Shown: in pieces, positions 62,170 through 64,000 of the stretch
Layout of the letters: every line of letters starts with the position of its first letter
How positions within the stretch are numbered: position 1 is the stretch's first letter
Origin: Podarcis tiliguerta
Lineage: Eukaryota
Direction: 5' to 3' (one strand)
Assembly: GCA_965153285.1 (NCBI GenBank)
Contig: OZ229119.1
Length of the DNA: 64,000 nt
Notes under the pieces: generated by a model
What the model saw: the letters and a program-made list of their open reading frames with translations, nothing else
Told to the model about the DNA's origin: nothing
The model's database searches: none
Position numbers and translations under genes: made by a program

Positions 62170-62354
62170 CAGTGCTTTTCTTTCCCCCTAAAAAATGTTT
62201 AGGGGTACTCTCATTTTGACTCAAGAAAATCACCATTTTACAGTTCAAATTGGGGAAAATAAATACAGCAAATTGACAAATTGACAAAAGTACAATGATT
62301 TGCAAAATGTTTAGGGGTATGCGTACCCCTACGTCCCCCCAGAAAAAATCACTG
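62170..62354. mobile_element. hAT-type MITE
   Basis: CAGTGCTTTT ... AAAATCACTG; 8-bp TSD ttccctcc / gtccctcc. Confidence 0.75.
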
Positions 62355-63186
62355 GTCCCTCCCATTTGAGAGCTGCCACAATTGCAAGAAGCTATTGAAC
62401 AGGCTTCAGTGTTTGAACTCCTCAGATGCTAGTTTGGAACATTATTCCTATTCATTGTCCCGTTGCATCCCTTCTCCTCTTTCTTCTAGATTTGCCACTG
62501 GTTCCTATGTATGCCTTATTGTGGTTGAGCCAGTACATGCATAATTGAAACCAGCACATATTTCCCCCTTCCTCTGTGGTTGATTTTGGATTGCGAACTG
62601 CTTGGGGGCACAGAGGCGTCGCTTATTTATTTATTTATAATATTTATTTTCAATATTTTTAGTGTTCTCCTTGTGTATATAGATGGCTCTATATAAATAA
62701 GAGATGCCATTATAAATGATTTATACATGGTGATACATAACAATAATGAAATAATGCAGCCAAAGTCAAGCACCTTTAGATCCCATTGATTCTGATGGGA
62801 GAGTTAAGCATGTGCTCATTGTTTGGATAATCCTATGCTATATACATCTTCCATGGTTTATACAGACTTATCCATCCATCTGATCTTTCTAAATAGTTGT
62901 GGACTAATATTCCTTTCCTGCTGCAATATTTCTAGGGCTGTCACCCTATTAAAGAAACCATCAGTGGATCATCTACATGAGTTTCTGCTGATCTAAGTGA
63001 TCCATCAAGTTGGAATATGCATAAAACCAATAATCCACAAGCAAATACGTAATGCTTTCTTTGTTTATAGATGATGTATGCATGTTGTAGTGAGGATCAT
63101 GACAGAAAAAGGCACTGCCTCATGTCAGTGTGAGAATGCTTGCCACCTGCAGCTTTTTTTTATATGCTTAAGATTACTATTGCTGC

Positions 63187-63223
<37 letters not shown>
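63187..63223. repeat. (TTA)n microsatellite
   Basis: directly visible. Confidence 0.9.
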
Positions 63224-64000
63224 TCCCGAATTTATCAAAACAGCCATTTAGTTTTGAAATAAATTAATCTAACCAATTAGTCAATTAAGGCTGCAGTTCT
63301 ATGCACTGACTAGGGAATAAATGTCATTGAACTTGGAGAGCCTTATTCTTTAGTAAACAAGTATATGACTATGCTGTATCAGTTACAGCCCTAAATATTT
63401 CCATAGGCAAGTTTCAGTTTAATTAATATATGCAGCACAGCAATGGCTAAACTCCTGCTTTTGCTGCTTTGCCCCATGGAACTTTGAACGGGTAGCAACT
63501 TCTTTCGGGGGAAGAGGGAATAGCCCCTTGCTACATTTTTTAAAATAATAATTATGATGAGTCCTAGACACCTACCTGTCGCCATATATGCATCTTGAAT
63601 ACAGAAAACAAAATCAATTTTCAGGCTGGTGGATGATCCTAATTAAATAAAATGAATAATTTATTCAAATAAAATGAGACGTGCTGAGACTCTCCAGGGA
63701 AGCTATAAAAATGATAATGCCTTCTGTTAGGAAAGAAATGTGCCAATGCTTGCCTTACACTCAGGCCTTTTTATCTCCATGGGTAACTTAAGACCCTTTA
63801 GATGATGGAGCATCAATATTGTGTGTTTTGGACTGTGCCAATTTTTGATGTATAATTATGGGTGCTTTTTGCATGAGACACATAATCATGAACACCTTTT
63901 TTCCTTTTCTTTTTTACAACTTGTTTTCTTTCCCCAGCAAACAGGAAACTTCCACCTCCCCCATGCCCAACTTTTGAGATTCTGTTTGCAGCCAGGAAGT

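Noticed and set aside
40000-64000. Possible ISX or other gene exons upstream of HMGXB4
   Set aside because: No homeodomain or other recognisable coding exon found by eye or in the ORF track
1-64000. CRISPR arrays, operons or other prokaryotic systems
   Set aside because: The sequence is eukaryotic intron-exon DNA and has no regularly spaced repeat-spacer array

Overview
Vertebrate genomic DNA, most likely a squamate (probably a lacertid lizard), judged from Sauria-type SINEs and other squamate-like repeats. Two spliced genes lie on the minus strand in tandem. HMGXB4 is complete: 10 canonical coding exons at 36551..23816 give 616 aa, with a CpG-island promoter at ~38.9-39.9 kb. TOM1 is partial: coding exons 1-11 at 20144..3332, CpG-island promoter at ~19.5-20.7 kb, and the canonical exon 12 onward not found in the window (presumably beyond position 1). 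All listed exon boundaries were checked by hand for GT-AG and reading phase. Positions 40-64 kb look intergenic, with SINEs, hAT and Tc1/mariner-type MITEs, LINE fragments and several candidate conserved non-coding elements. Main leads: (1) an in-frame upstream ATG in HMGXB4 exon 1 that would add a 28-aa MGSSSS+polybasic (myristoylation-type) extension, possibly switchable by an alternative first exon; (2) cryptic phase-compatible exons in TOM1 intron 11, including a clean 99-nt cassette and a terminal exon encoding a transmembrane-like helix; (3) a CLEAR/CRE/ARE motif cluster in the TOM1 promoter. Leads 1 and 2 are inferences that need RNA-seq and comparative checks.
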